DNA from: Thermoplasmatota archaeon
GTDB lineage: Archaea > Thermoplasmatota > Poseidoniia > Poseidoniales > Thalassarchaeaceae
DNA: 64,000 nt
Direction: 5' to 3'
Assembly: GCA_036251765.1 (NCBI GenBank)
Contig: JAZANL010000025.1
Location: forward strand, 667-64,666
The notes beneath the pieces were generated by a model. That model saw nothing but the letters and a program-made list of their open reading frames with translations, searched no databases and was not told the origin of the DNA. This document shows, piece after piece, positions 1 through 10,043 of this stretch (position 1 is the stretch's first letter; each line of letters opens with the position of its first letter). Position numbers and translations under genes: made by a program.

Positions 1-1
1 A

Positions 2-403
2 GATGTAGTAATCATGGAGAGCGGAGTCAATGCAGCTGGAAACCTAATTGAGTGCAACGACAACGGTGCGGTGGTTAGCCCAACGATCCCAGAAGCAGGG
101 GCAGAGATGATTTCTGACGTCCTGGGGGTGAAGGCGATTAGATCGCAGGTCGCTGGTCACGGCACCGTTGGAAGCATGATTGTTGCAAACAACAAGGGGG
201 TCCTGGCACATCCAGACGTAAAGACGTCAGAGGTCGAGGCAATCGAGTCTGCATTGGGTGTTCCGGTAATGGTTGGCACCGTAACCTTCGGCTCACCTTT
301 CGTAGGTGCTGGTTGCTGTACTAGCGACTCCCACGCCCTGGTTGGATCTGGCTCCACAGGTCCTGAATTGAATCGAATTGAAGACGCTCTGGGACTAATT
401 TAA
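2..403 (+). CDS. eif6: Translation initiation factor 6 (aIF6/eIF6), 5'-partial. The frame is open to the window edge.
   Basis: Internally repeated Gly/Val-rich pseudo-repeats (..NDNGAVVSP.., ..NNKGVLAHPD.., ..VGSGSTG..) typical of the eIF6 pentein fold. The ORF runs off the 5' end of the window. Confidence 0.65.
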   Translation, partial: DVVIMESGVNAAGNLIECNDNGAVVSPTIPEAGAEMISDVLGVKAIRSQVAGHGTVGSMIVANNKGVLAHPDVKTSEVEAIESALGVPVMVGTVTFGSPFVGAGCCTSDSHALVGSGSTGPELNRIEDALGLI

Positions 404-1623
404 CCTTGAAAAACCCCGTAATCAACGTTGTTCTTATCTATTTTGGAACTAACCTCAGGCATTGGATACTTCAAACCTGTTGCAGTGTTGAAGAGCACCA
501 CAGACTCGCTCCTTGAGACCAATCCAGATTGCAATGAGTTCCGATATGCCGCCACCGTGGCAGCACCCTCTGGGCACAGAAGCAGACCCTCACTAAGGCC
601 AATCTCATTCTGTATTTCTATGGTCTCCTCATCAGTTACAGAGATTGCAAAACCCCCTGAAGACCTGACTGCATCTAGGATCAGGAAGTCTCCAAGGGCC
701 GAAGGCACTCGGATTCCAGAAGATATGGTTTCAGCATTCTCCCAGTAGTCAGCAAACTCGGCCCCTTCTTCCCAGGCTCGAACAATTGGTGCGCAACCCG
801 TGGATTGAACAGATACCATTCTAGGCAATTTATCTTCTATCCACCCAAGCTCGATTAATTCATGGAACCCCTTCCACATCCCAATAATTCCAGTTCCCCC
901 ACCAGTTGGATAGAAAATGACGTCCGGTAGGCTCCAATCCATCTGCTCGGCGAGCTCCAGACCCATCGTTTTCTTTCCCTCAATCCTATATGGCTCCTTC
1001 AGTGTTGAAACCGCGAACCAGTCAATATCATTAGAACCATCAGCTATTATTTTCCCACATTCCCCAATTAGCCCATTGACGATGTGAGTGCTAGCACCTT
1101 GCATCTGGGTTTCTCTGACATTTATCTCCGGGGTGTTGTCCGGGCACAAGACGGTACACTGAATCCCCGCTCTTGTTGCATAAGCAGCCAATGCAGAACC
1201 GGCATTCCCATTAGTTGGGATGGCTAGATGCTTAACTCCCAATTCCTTTGCCATAGAAACCGCCATCCCCAATCCTCTTGCCTTGAAAGATCCTGTTGGT
1301 AGTCTCGACTCATCCTTAACAAATACAGATTCTACTTCTCCTCCAAATATCGATGCCGAATTATCAAGTGAAATCAAAGGAGTGACCACCTCTCCGAGTG
1401 AAACCCTATTCTGTTCCGACTCTACTGGAAGCAGAGGCGCGTATCTCCAGAATCCCGCGTCCTTCGACTGTTCAATAGAATCCCGCCCGACCTCGGTAGA
1501 GATCCTTTCTAGATCGTACTTCACAACTATCGGCTTTCCTATTTCAGAAACCGTGTGAATCTTGCCGAACTCGTATTTCTTCCCCGAGTATGCGCATTCT
1601 AGATGACTAACGTAACCGCTCAT
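400..1623 (-). CDS. thrC: Threonine synthase (PLP-dependent)
   Basis: 407 aa. PLP-lysine motif context 'SFKARGLG'. Glycine-rich loop 'FYPTGGGTG' of fold-type II PLP enzymes. Overall ThrC-like. Confidence 0.85.
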   Translation of the reverse strand: MSGYVSHLECAYSGKKYEFGKIHTVSEIGKPIVVKYDLERISTEVGRDSIEQSKDAGFWRYAPLLPVESEQNRVSLGEVVTPLISLDNSASIFGGEVESVFVKDESRLPTGSFKARGLGMAVSMAKELGVKHLAIPTNGNAGSALAAYATRAGIQCTVLCPDNTPEINVRETQMQGASTHIVNGLIGECGKIIADGSNDIDWFAVSTLKEPYRIEGKKTMGLELAEQMDWSLPDVIFYPTGGGTGIIGMWKGFHELIELGWIEDKLPRMVSVQSTGCAPIVRAWEEGAEFADYWENAETISSGIRVPSALGDFLILDAVRSSGGFAISVTDEETIEIQNEIGLSEGLLLCPEGAATVAAYRNSLQSGLVSRSESVVLFNTATGLKYPMPEVSSKIDKNNVDYGVFQG

Positions 1624-1661
1624 GAATCCGAAATAGGCAGATGTCCAATGAATTTACCGCT

Positions 1662-1895
1662 CTAAACAGCCGTTGGTGCCACATGGTCATCGCCCTTCGT
1701 TCCAGAACTTCTTACCCTTGACCAGACTTCCACCATTAGTCGATCATGGCACTTTTTGCAGTAGTTGAATCTCTCATACGCTTCCCTGAAAGAGTAGGCC
1801 TTATTCCCACTAGAAACAAGAAATCCCTTAGGCGATAGCCTACTAACTATGTCCGACTTGCTGTCGCAGTTTTCGAAGTCACATTTAGGCATCAT
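1662..1895 (-). CDS. Small Cys-rich (zinc-ribbon-like) protein, last gene of the carboxylase operon
   Basis: 77 aa with CDFENC ... CKKCH cysteine pairs. Start overlaps the stop of the BCCP gene by 4 nt (translational coupling). Confidence 0.35.
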   Translation of the reverse strand: MMPKCDFENCDSKSDIVSRLSPKGFLVSSGNKAYSFREAYERFNYCKKCHDRLMVEVWSRVRSSGTKGDDHVAPTAV

Positions 1896-2320
1896 TCCTC
1901 AACTCCCAAGGAATTACTTATCTCCATTAGGGGCATATTAGCTTCGACCCTCTCTCCTGGCTTGCACATGACCTTCTTCACAGTGCCGTCTATACTCGAC
2001 TTAATCTCATTTTGCATCTTCATCGCTTCAAGGACTATTACTACGCTACCCGCCTCTACTTCATCTCCCTCTGACTTCATAATCGCCACTATCTTACCGG
2101 GAATTGCAGAAGAAATAGCCCCAGTTCCCGATCCCCCAACACTCTTTGTCACACGTCTCTTTCTAGACTTCTTCCTCTCGCCATCGCCAACCTCAACAAT
2201 GTAGGTTCTGCCTTCGATAGAAACTTCCCAGTTCCCCTCTTCCAGACTAACTTCGACTTCGAACTCTTCCCCGTCAACAGTGACTTTCCTTTTTTCAGAC
2301 ACATTATCACCTCTTGGCAC
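1892..2320 (-). CDS. Biotin carboxyl carrier protein / biotinyl-domain subunit
   Basis: C-terminal biotinyl domain with the biotin-attachment motif 'EAMKMQNEI'. Preceded by a Lys/Arg-rich linker. Confidence 0.8.
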   Translation of the reverse strand: MPRGDNVSEKRKVTVDGEEFEVEVSLEEGNWEVSIEGRTYIVEVGDGERKKSRKRRVTKSVGGSGTGAISSAIPGKIVAIMKSEGDEVEAGSVVIVLEAMKMQNEIKSSIDGTVKKVMCKPGERVEANMPLMEISNSLGVEE

Positions 2321-2513
2321 TCCTGATTGCTCTTGCTTTAATCAAGGAAGCCTTCCCCACTGCCATCCTCCTATGAGAAACTGACCAAGAACTACCCCTC
2401 TCTCGACCTAGAGATGGTTTTATTGATTCACCTGACATATTTTCTATCAGTACGGATGAGATTACCGCAGCAATGATTCGCATGTCTCTTTCTTCCTTGC
2501 TCATGTTTCTCAC
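2307..2513 (-). CDS. Small ORF translationally coupled between carboxyltransferase and BCCP (possible small decarboxylase/carboxylase subunit)
   Basis: 68 aa. Overlaps both neighbours by 4-14 nt in operon context. No recognisable motif. Confidence 0.3.
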   Translation of the reverse strand: MRNMSKEERDMRIIAAVISSVLIENMSGESIKPSLGRERGSSWSVSHRRMAVGKASLIKARAIRSAKR

Positions 2514-4096
2514 AACGGAATGTTCCCATGTTTCTTCTCGGGGCGGGGTTCTTCTTTCTCCAGAATTGCACCCAAAGCTTTGACCAACACAGACCTAGTC
2601 TCGGATGGCATGACTACATCATCGATGTATCCCAGTGCCGCAGCCTTGTACGGATTTGCAAACGTCTCCTCATAGTCGTCAACAAGCCTCTCCCTCTCTT
2701 GATCGGGGTTTCTTGAATTCGCTATCCTGCGTCTGTGAATAATTTGCACTGCACCCTCTGCACCCATAACAGCTAGTTCTGCAGAAGGCCAAGCAATGTT
2801 GTAATCTCCTCTGATGTGCTTGGAAGACATTACGTCATACGCCCCCCCATATGCCTTCCTCGTGATAACCGTGAGTTTCGGAACCGTCGCCTCAGCAAAT
2901 GCATAGAGAAGCTTGGCCCCGTGCCTAATTATTCCGCCCCATTCTTGACTTGCTCCCGGAAGAAAACCAGGGACATCAACAAATGTTAGTAGTGGTATAT
3001 TGAATGCGTCACAGAATCGAACAAATCTTGCCGCCTTTACAGATGCGTCAATATCGAGACACCCAGCTAAGTGCATCGGTTGATTTGCAACAATTCCGAT
3101 CGATTGCCCACCAAGCCGGCCCAGTCCGATGATGATATTAGGGGCATAACCATCTTGAATCTCTAAGAAACTCCCATTGTCTATGGTTTCCTCGATAACC
3201 TCCAGCATATCATACGGTATTCCAGGGTCCTCCGGGACTATCGAGTCTAGAGATTCACATTTCCTATCAAGAGAATCATTGGTATCTGAAACAGGCGCCT
3301 TTTGTAGGTTGTTCGACGGAATTAGGCCCACTAACTCCCTAACTATCTCCAATGCATCGCCATCGTCTTTTGCCGTAAAGTGAGTAACGCCTGATTTTGT
3401 GGCATGAGTGGAAGCCCCCCCCAGTTCTTCAAACCCGACTTCCTCATTAGTTACAGTCTTGATTACCTCTGGCCCCGTAATGAACATGTGCGATGTATCC
3501 TCGACCATGATCACGAAGTCCGTTATTGCCGGGGAGTATACTGCACCACCTGCGCATGGTCCCATGATAACTGATATTTGGGGTATCACTCCACTAGACC
3601 TAACATTCCTAAAGAAAATCTCTGCATAGGACCCCAGACTTGCAACTCCTTCCTGAATCCTTGCTCCTCCACTATCGTTCAATCCAATTACTGGAGCACC
3701 TGTCTTTACTGCCATGTCTAGAATCTTGCAAATCTTCAAGCCATGCATTTCTCCCAGGGAGCCACCGTAAACAGTAAAGTCCTGCGCAAAACAATAGACG
3801 AGCCTGCCATCAATCGTACCATGACCACAAACCACTCCATCCCCGGGTATCACGTTCCTATCCATATCGAAATCTCTGCACCGGTGCTCTACCAAGGCAT
3901 CAACTTCACAGAATGAATCTGGATCAAGCATCTGCTCTATTCGTTCTCTGGCAGTCATCTTTCCCTTGGCGTGCTGTGCTGAGATGCGTTTCTGCCCACC
4001 TCCAGACTGGGACTTAGACTTACGACGCCTAAGGTCCTCAATCTTGTCGGAGTTGCCACTCATGGAGTTTGGTGGGGGCAGGCCGCCCATGAGCAT
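2510..4096 (-). CDS. Acyl-CoA carboxyltransferase (propionyl-CoA carboxylase beta / methylmalonyl-CoA decarboxylase alpha family)
   Basis: 528 aa. Tandem crotonase-like carboxyltransferase halves. The match to PccB/MmdA family proteins is long-range. The true start may be the internal Met at ~4063. Confidence 0.85.
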   Translation of the reverse strand: MLMGGLPPPNSMSGNSDKIEDLRRRKSKSQSGGGQKRISAQHAKGKMTARERIEQMLDPDSFCEVDALVEHRCRDFDMDRNVIPGDGVVCGHGTIDGRLVYCFAQDFTVYGGSLGEMHGLKICKILDMAVKTGAPVIGLNDSGGARIQEGVASLGSYAEIFFRNVRSSGVIPQISVIMGPCAGGAVYSPAITDFVIMVEDTSHMFITGPEVIKTVTNEEVGFEELGGASTHATKSGVTHFTAKDDGDALEIVRELVGLIPSNNLQKAPVSDTNDSLDRKCESLDSIVPEDPGIPYDMLEVIEETIDNGSFLEIQDGYAPNIIIGLGRLGGQSIGIVANQPMHLAGCLDIDASVKAARFVRFCDAFNIPLLTFVDVPGFLPGASQEWGGIIRHGAKLLYAFAEATVPKLTVITRKAYGGAYDVMSSKHIRGDYNIAWPSAELAVMGAEGAVQIIHRRRIANSRNPDQERERLVDDYEETFANPYKAAALGYIDDVVMPSETRSVLVKALGAILEKEEPRPEKKHGNIPL

Positions 4097-4165
4097 TCCT
4101 AAAGTGGGGTCGATTCCATCTTCCGGTTGCTTGAAGGCGTATCACCATGTGCAACTAGTTGAAAC

Positions 4166-4603
4166 ATGCGTGTTGTTATTGCTAAACCGGGTCTTGATGG
4201 CCATGATAGAGGTGCCAAGGTAATCGCTAGAGCGCTTAGAGATGGGGGTCACGATGTCATCTACACCGGTCTGAGGAAAACCCCTTCAGACATTGTTAGG
4301 ATCGTGAATGACGAAGATGCAGAAGTACTAGGGCTATCGACTCTTTCCGGGGCCCACGACTCCCTCATCCCAAAGATTTGCGAGGGGCTTAGGCAAGGGG
4401 ATCTCGGCAAAGTAATTGTCTTTGCAGGCGGAATAATCCCTGATCGAGATCTAGAACTTCTCTATGAATCGGGGGTTCGGGCTGTTTTCGGGCCCGGCAC
4501 TCCGACTTCAGACGTCCTGGCATTCTTGGATGAAGCAATCCAAAGGAAAGAAAAAAACGATCCAATAGGAGTTGGAGACGATTTGGGGTGGCACTGGAAT
4601 TGA
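4166..4603 (+). CDS. Methylmalonyl-CoA mutase, B12-binding (C-terminal) subunit
   Basis: 145 aa. 'DGHDRGAKVIARAL' (DxHxxG cobalamin-binding motif) and a Rossmann-like B12 domain. Confidence 0.85.
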   Translation: MRVVIAKPGLDGHDRGAKVIARALRDGGHDVIYTGLRKTPSDIVRIVNDEDAEVLGLSTLSGAHDSLIPKICEGLRQGDLGKVIVFAGGIIPDRDLELLYESGVRAVFGPGTPTSDVLAFLDEAIQRKEKNDPIGVGDDLGWHWN

Positions 4604-5481
4604 GCAATATTTCCGAACTCATTGAACTAGCAAAGTCCGGAGACCGTCGAAGTTTGTCTAGGCTAATGACCAAGGTTGCAGAGTCGGAAAACGAACTAAA
4701 CCTTGAATCAGACACCATCTGGACTTTGGGAGTAACAGGCCCCCCTGGATCGGGAAAATCTACTCTGATTGGCAGATTGGCGAAGCATTGGGCAGAAAGA
4801 GGAGAGAGTGTAGCAATCTTGGCCGTTGACCCCACGTCACCAATCTCGGGAGGTTCATTTCTCGCTGACAGAATTAGGATGGGGGAGGGGGATTTGGGTG
4901 AAAGGGTGTTCGTCAGGTCTATTGCTTCGGGAAATAGCCCGGGAGGTATTTCTCCACGAATTTGGCCTATGTGCCATGCACTATCCCTCTGTGGTTGGAA
5001 ACGAATATTGATAGAAACTGTAGGAACAGGGCAATCTGAGTTCCGAATCGCCGCACTGGCTGATAGGCTTCTCCTCGTCGATGGTCCAGACAGGGGCGAC
5101 ATAATTCAGGCAGAGAAGGCAGGCATTCTGGAGCTAGCCGATGTAATTGCAGTGAACAAATCCGACCTACCCGGAGCGTCTATGACCGCTCAGAGCATTC
5201 GAACTTCTCTGGAACTCTCGGATGGTGACTCTAGGGAGGTCCTCCTAGTCTCCGCTCTAGAAGGAGTTGGAATAGGCGATTTAGTCTCAACAATAGAGGC
5301 CTGTGAACCGCATAGGGGCAAAAATAAGGTCATAATGAGGGAGATGCTAATTTCTGAATGGGATTCAATTTTGGTTTCACACCCAGAAATCGACGATATT
5401 GTCGCACAATTATGTGACAGTTCAATAACTATCGATGAAGCGATAGAATTACTAATTTCAACCATTAACGATAGCAGGTAA
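4588..5481 (+). CDS. meaB: MeaB/ArgK-type GTPase (methylmalonyl-CoA mutase metallochaperone)
   Basis: P-loop 'GVTGPPGSGKSTLIGRL' and NKxD-like 'AVNKSDL'. Overlaps the mutase small subunit by 16 nt. Confidence 0.85.
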   Translation: MALELSNISELIELAKSGDRRSLSRLMTKVAESENELNLESDTIWTLGVTGPPGSGKSTLIGRLAKHWAERGESVAILAVDPTSPISGGSFLADRIRMGEGDLGERVFVRSIASGNSPGGISPRIWPMCHALSLCGWKRILIETVGTGQSEFRIAALADRLLLVDGPDRGDIIQAEKAGILELADVIAVNKSDLPGASMTAQSIRTSLELSDGDSREVLLVSALEGVGIGDLVSTIEACEPHRGKNKVIMREMLISEWDSILVSHPEIDDIVAQLCDSSITIDEAIELLISTINDSR

Positions 5482-5485
5482 TAAT

Positions 5486-6133
5486 ATGAAAGACGGGCAA
5501 AACGACTTCTTTGTTGATCATGTTGGGCACTCAATTGGGGGTATGGGAGGGCATGCTTTCAGACGCCTAACTCATGTTTCAATGGCATCAATCCCATACC
5601 TATACTACGTGCATGGAGAGGCAATATCGTCATACTTCTCCCTGGAACCAAGCGAATTTGTCAGTGTAATTTGCATACTTATTCTTGTGATCGAGGCAAT
5701 ACGACTCAAAACCGGCATTGTCATAGTAGGACAGAGAGAATACGAATCCAACCAGATTTCCGCCTTGGCTTGGGGGGCATTGGCAGTAGCACTTGCCCTT
5801 CTGATAGCACCATTGGGAGAGCCCCTGGGGAGTATGCAAGCAGGGTTGTATGGGGCTCCAATAATTCTGGGCATGACTCTGGTGGACCCGGTTATGGGGG
5901 AGGTAAAGAGGACGAAGAAAGATCTTCGGGCAGCAATTATCGTAGGATTAGCCGTTTCTTACACAGTTTGGATGGGCTGTTATTACTGGATTGGAACCGA
6001 TTTTATCGCAGCGCTGTTGCTCGCCCCACTGACGGTTCTGGGAGAGCTCCCCCCTACTCGGGAGATCGATGATAATGCCACCATGATTCTTTTCCCCCTT
6101 GTCGGTCTCGTCCTAATACTGCCTTTCTTGTGA
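5486..6133 (+). CDS. Polytopic membrane protein, function unknown (possible dolichol kinase/CTP-transferase-like)
   Basis: 215 aa with several hydrophobic helices. 5-nt gap after meaB. No diagnostic motif. Confidence 0.4.
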   Translation: MKDGQNDFFVDHVGHSIGGMGGHAFRRLTHVSMASIPYLYYVHGEAISSYFSLEPSEFVSVICILILVIEAIRLKTGIVIVGQREYESNQISALAWGALAVALALLIAPLGEPLGSMQAGLYGAPIILGMTLVDPVMGEVKRTKKDLRAAIIVGLAVSYTVWMGCYYWIGTDFIAALLLAPLTVLGELPPTREIDDNATMILFPLVGLVLILPFL

Positions 6134-6296
6134 TTCCACTCCCGTCATGTTTACATCCTAATTTCATGCCCCAAGGCCGTGGAAATGGAGGATAACGACA
6201 CGAACTCATCGACCGAGATGTGGGAATCTCCATTGGGGCAGAGCACATACATGTTCATCTGGGCCCTCGCCTCATTGGCTTCGTTCGCTATTTTCT

Positions 6297-6557
6297 TCAA
6301 GTATTTCTAGAATTGCGGATCTTCTCTTCAACGGCTAGGAGGATAGTCTTGCCAGAAATTCCCCCAGGCCCACTGTAACCCCCAACGCTTCCATCTGAGC
6401 GAATGACCCTGTGGCAAGGGATTGAAATTGGAACAGGGTTGGAGCCACAAGCATTCGCAACTGCTCTGTAAGAGCCAGGCCTTCCAATTGCAATTGCTAT
6501 GTTCTTGTAAGTGCTGGTCTCTCCGGGTGGGATTTTGGTAATCTCTTCCCACACCAT
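6297..6557 (-). CDS. ogt: Methylated-DNA-protein-cysteine methyltransferase (Ogt), short single-domain form
   Basis: Active-site 'IPCHRVIRSDGSVGGYSGPGG' (PCHR motif). Start placed at the internal Met so as not to overlap the upstream ORF. The long ORF extends to 6689. Confidence 0.7.
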   Translation of the reverse strand: MVWEEITKIPPGETSTYKNIAIAIGRPGSYRAVANACGSNPVPISIPCHRVIRSDGSVGGYSGPGGISGKTILLAVEEKIRNSRNT

Positions 6558-6589
6558 TCTCTGAAAGGCGGTCCCTTGGATTTCTAGCG

Positions 6590-6880
6590 CTATTTCTTCT
6601 CCCACAATTCTTCGCCTTCCAACTCTTCCATTCCGACAATCTCGTAGTTTGATGGGAATAGGGCTATTGCGATTCCGATAACAATGCACCCAATACCGAA
6701 CCAGAAAGAACCCCTGATCATCAACTCCATCCCAATGGCGAATAGGATTAGACCTCCCAGGTTAGAGACCCAAACAAGAGTCTTGAATGTGGAAAGAGAA
6801 ACCCCACTTGCCCTCTTGGTCCTATGGGGGCCGAACTCTGCACCGAATCTAACCGGATCGTCATCAGCCAACTTGTTCAC
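6590..6880 (-). CDS. Small membrane protein (2 TM), tail of the bc-type operon
   Basis: 96 aa. Hydrophobic segments 'LILFAIGMELMI' and 'FGIGCIVIGIAIALF'. Start overlaps the ferredoxin stop. Confidence 0.3.
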   Translation of the reverse strand: MNKLADDDPVRFGAEFGPHRTKRASGVSLSTFKTLVWVSNLGGLILFAIGMELMIRGSFWFGIGCIVIGIAIALFPSNYEIVGMEELEGEELWEKK

Positions 6881-7209
6881 CTATCTATCATTATGATGGC
6901 ATCCGTTGGGCACGCTAGGACGCAAATCTTGCAACCAGTGCAAGGATCTCTCAGAATCCTGGCCTTCCTGTTCACATCAATATCCATTATGGGGCTTGCT
7001 AGCGGGGTGTCATAGAGCTCTATGGCGTCGTCTTCGCATACGATGGTGCACTGATCGCACCCTATGCATAATTCCTCCTTGACCCAAGCGACCGCGTCCT
7101 CACCACCTTTGAGTAAGGCCTCCTCCTCTGCTCTAACCGAGTTTAATTGAACTCTGATTCTGGATTGCTCTATCAGCCTTCTCTTCAGTACGTCACTAAC
7201 CTTGGTCAT
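6877..7209 (-). CDS. 2x[4Fe-4S] ferredoxin-domain protein
   Basis: 'CIGCDQCTIVC' and 'CTGCKICVLACP' clusters. Start trimmed to the internal Met to remove a 112-nt overlap with the upstream gene. Confidence 0.6.
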   Translation of the reverse strand: MTKVSDVLKRRLIEQSRIRVQLNSVRAEEEALLKGGEDAVAWVKEELCIGCDQCTIVCEDDAIELYDTPLASPIMDIDVNRKARILRDPCTGCKICVLACPTDAIIMIDR

Positions 7210-7220
7210 GCACCCTGCTC

Positions 7221-10034
7221 CTATGTTCGTGACTCTTCTATCTGTCTCGCAAGGAAGCTGACAACGTCCAGAATCTCGAAGTCGTGACGAGGGTCTCCCT
7301 CGAACTTCAAGCATTCGAAGTGAGCTACACACTTGGGGCAGGAGGTAAGCATGATGTCTGCACCGGTGGCCCTCACTTCGTCGAACCTCTGGACTCTGAG
7401 TGCCCTGCTGTTCTCATTGCATGACATCATGCTTGATACTCCGCAGCAGAGGGCATCTTCTCCAGTGTGCTCCATCTCAACTAGATTGACTCCATCTACA
7501 GAGCCAACGAGGTCACGTGGCTCATCGTAGATGTTCATCTGCCTGCCTAGGCGACATGGGTCGTGATACGTCACGGTCACCTCGTCGTCCGTCTTCAGTT
7601 CCATGTCAAATCCATTCTCGATTAGGAACTCTGTAGTGTGCATGACCTTCATGTCGTCTAACTCGTAGTCTAGTGCGAATGTCCTGAAGCACTCCGCGCA
7701 AGATGTTACTAGGGTCTCGATTCCGCTCTCGCCCAACTTCTTCTGGTTGTACGACTTGAGCTTCTCGAAGACTTCGGTCATTCCCTGCCACTTCTGATCG
7801 TGTCCACAGCACTTCAGGAAGTCCCTACCAAGGTACGTTACTTCCTCGCCCATTTCCTCGAAGATAGTGAATGCGGAAGTAGTGGCATCCCCAAGATCCA
7901 TGCTTCCCTTATTCACATGGCTGAACACCATTTCTTGGTCAATGTAGTCGACGCAGCCAGGGTAGTATCCAATGCTGGAGTCAAGCGGATAGTCCTCAAC
8001 GGGAATGAATGCATCATCAGCATCTTCCTCTGCCTCTGCGGCTAGAACGGCCTGAAGGACAGTGTGTGGAATCTCGGTAGCAGGCGGACCTCCGACAACG
8101 AGGTTTCTCCTGATGTCGATATATGAGTCATAATCAACAAGCTGTGGGCATGCGTTAGTGCACGCTGTACAGGTCAAGCAGGAGTAAAGTGGGACTCCGT
8201 CGTCTTCGTTGTTCCATGTGTTGTATATGATGTTCAGCTTGTCACCAGCGTTGAACAGCCTTACCGGGCACGCATCATCACAAAGGTCGCAGCCATAGCA
8301 CTTGTTCATCTCCCACTCGTAGCCCCTAGCCATGCTCCTTAGCATAACGAAGACAAGTGCTCCCACGCCCAGGCATGGGATGAACATGGAGTAGATTAGC
8401 TTAGCATCCAGGCTCTTCGGATTCTTCTCGTAAGTCGGATTGGTGATTGACATCTCGGACAACTCCTCGTCACTGAGGCCAACTTCGGAACGGATTACAG
8501 CCGTACCATCCTCGGCGAGTAGAAGTGGTTGATACGCGACTGCAGAGAAGTCGGAAATCATCGTGACGCTTTCGTTGACCCCTTCTGAAGTGGTAGTGAA
8601 GGTTATGGTGTATGAAAATCCAGAGTCTAGGTATATTGTCCCGGAGTCGCAGGATGCCCCCTCATTCATCCATAGCGTCTCGCCAGCTTCATCGGTAAGC
8701 ACGAGACTCTGCGTGTGCAAACCAGCCCCGCGAACTGTGGTTCTGAAGTTACAACCTACGTCGGTCGGCACGCTCGCGACTCCCAAGTTTTCTACTTCGA
8801 ACTGAATTGACTCTGTGATTTCGATAACGGATCCGTCTTGCGCTCCTTCGTATATTATCTCGTTAGCACCTATGTTCCTGGAAGTTTGAGAATCGGCATG
8901 GCCGTTGGCTCCGCTGAAGTCGATAATCTTGCTTCTTGTAGGCTGGAATATCCCCCAGTTAACCCAATGCTTAGCCGGAATTACGCACCATTCGCTATGT
9001 TCAGTTCCCTCTTCCATCGAGTCCCAAGCAGAAAGTGAACTCGTTTGCTCGTAAGGCAGGCAATCATCCTCCCATTCCTCCCAAACGGGAACCTCACCTG
9101 CATGGATTAGCGTATCTCCTGGCTGGCCTCTTATGCCGTCTAACTCCTCTATCTTGGCATCGTATTGGTACTCCCAGAACCCCATAGTGCCCAATCCTCG
9201 CTGATTCCAGAATCCGTTCTCGTACACAGGCCATGTTACTGTGCACAAAAGTACTGTAGCAACCAAAGACCCAACTGCCACCTGTCTTCCCAATACTGGA
9301 GTTAGTCTGGATCCCAGGGGGCCAATCAGGAATTTCCTCACCGAGAAGTAAAGAACAGTGAAAATGAAAACCCCCGTGAGTATCCATGGAATTGCATTGA
9401 ACACTTCCGCGGTCCATGGCGATTGTGTGCCGCAATTGAAACCGCCATGGGCGCTAGACCAACAATAGTCGGTCCTATTTTGAGCATACATTTCCAGGAA
9501 GATGTTTATTGAGAACACGGAGATGAACCAGACGTGAGCGAGATATACTGCCCCAGCCGTCGCAAACCAGGGGTCCTCAACCCCCCTCTTCTCCCTTTTT
9601 CCAATGATGAATGGGGGTAGTGCTAGTATTCCCACTGGTAGTCCGGTGATCATTGCACCCCAGACTCCAGCATTCCAGGAAACAATCGGTTGCCCGAAGA
9701 ACTCACCTATGGGGCCAGCGGGTATGTCGAATTGAGGTAGGTATTCGCCCCACCTCAGATAACCGTAGGAGAACAAAACATACCAATCTGGAAAGACGAA
9801 TCCGGCCTGGGCATATGGGTCTGCTGCATTGTGCAGTGGGGGCGGTATGATCCACGAGTAGAATGCGATCACCATGACAATGGCTGCGAAGATGATTGTG
9901 TCTCTGAGGACTTCAGTGGGCCAGAAAGCATGCCCTGTGAACACCCTCTTCCGTTCTTCTTCTGCTCCCAGCAACTGCTCCTTCTCATCGATGTAGGTAT
10001 CAGCAATCCTCCCAAATCTCTCTATCATGCCCAT
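7221..10034 (-). CDS. Fusion protein of three parts: cytochrome b subunit-IV-like N-domain (Qo 'PDWY' motif), large extracytoplasmic domain, and C-terminal HdrD/GlpC-like 2x[4Fe-4S] + CCG-domain module
   Basis: 937 aa. N-terminus has 'PDWYVLFSYGYLRW' (PEWY-type Qo motif) and ~6 TM helices. Central ~300-aa Thr/Ser/Gly-rich soluble domain, then one TM. C-terminal 'CYGCDLCDDACPV' and 'CLTCTACTNACP' iron-sulfur motifs. Two CCG-type cysteine motifs ('KCCGHD', 'LCCGVS'). Confidence 0.75.
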   Translation of the reverse strand: MGMIERFGRIADTYIDEKEQLLGAEEERKRVFTGHAFWPTEVLRDTIIFAAIVMVIAFYSWIIPPPLHNAADPYAQAGFVFPDWYVLFSYGYLRWGEYLPQFDIPAGPIGEFFGQPIVSWNAGVWGAMITGLPVGILALPPFIIGKREKRGVEDPWFATAGAVYLAHVWFISVFSINIFLEMYAQNRTDYCWSSAHGGFNCGTQSPWTAEVFNAIPWILTGVFIFTVLYFSVRKFLIGPLGSRLTPVLGRQVAVGSLVATVLLCTVTWPVYENGFWNQRGLGTMGFWEYQYDAKIEELDGIRGQPGDTLIHAGEVPVWEEWEDDCLPYEQTSSLSAWDSMEEGTEHSEWCVIPAKHWVNWGIFQPTRSKIIDFSGANGHADSQTSRNIGANEIIYEGAQDGSVIEITESIQFEVENLGVASVPTDVGCNFRTTVRGAGLHTQSLVLTDEAGETLWMNEGASCDSGTIYLDSGFSYTITFTTTSEGVNESVTMISDFSAVAYQPLLLAEDGTAVIRSEVGLSDEELSEMSITNPTYEKNPKSLDAKLIYSMFIPCLGVGALVFVMLRSMARGYEWEMNKCYGCDLCDDACPVRLFNAGDKLNIIYNTWNNEDDGVPLYSCLTCTACTNACPQLVDYDSYIDIRRNLVVGGPPATEIPHTVLQAVLAAEAEEDADDAFIPVEDYPLDSSIGYYPGCVDYIDQEMVFSHVNKGSMDLGDATTSAFTIFEEMGEEVTYLGRDFLKCCGHDQKWQGMTEVFEKLKSYNQKKLGESGIETLVTSCAECFRTFALDYELDDMKVMHTTEFLIENGFDMELKTDDEVTVTYHDPCRLGRQMNIYDEPRDLVGSVDGVNLVEMEHTGEDALCCGVSSMMSCNENSRALRVQRFDEVRATGADIMLTSCPKCVAHFECLKFEGDPRHDFEILDVVSFLARQIEESRT

Positions 10035-10043
10035 CTTATCACC

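Noticed and set aside
4389-5102. 237-aa minus-strand ORF overlapping the mutase small subunit and meaB
   Set aside because: The plus-strand genes carry unambiguous B12 and P-loop motifs. The antisense product is low-complexity Ser/Pro/Arg-rich.
7221-7332. Apparent 112-nt overlap between the ferredoxin ORF and the 937-aa gene
   Set aside because: Resolved by using the internal Met (7209) of the ferredoxin ORF. The upstream extension lacks support.
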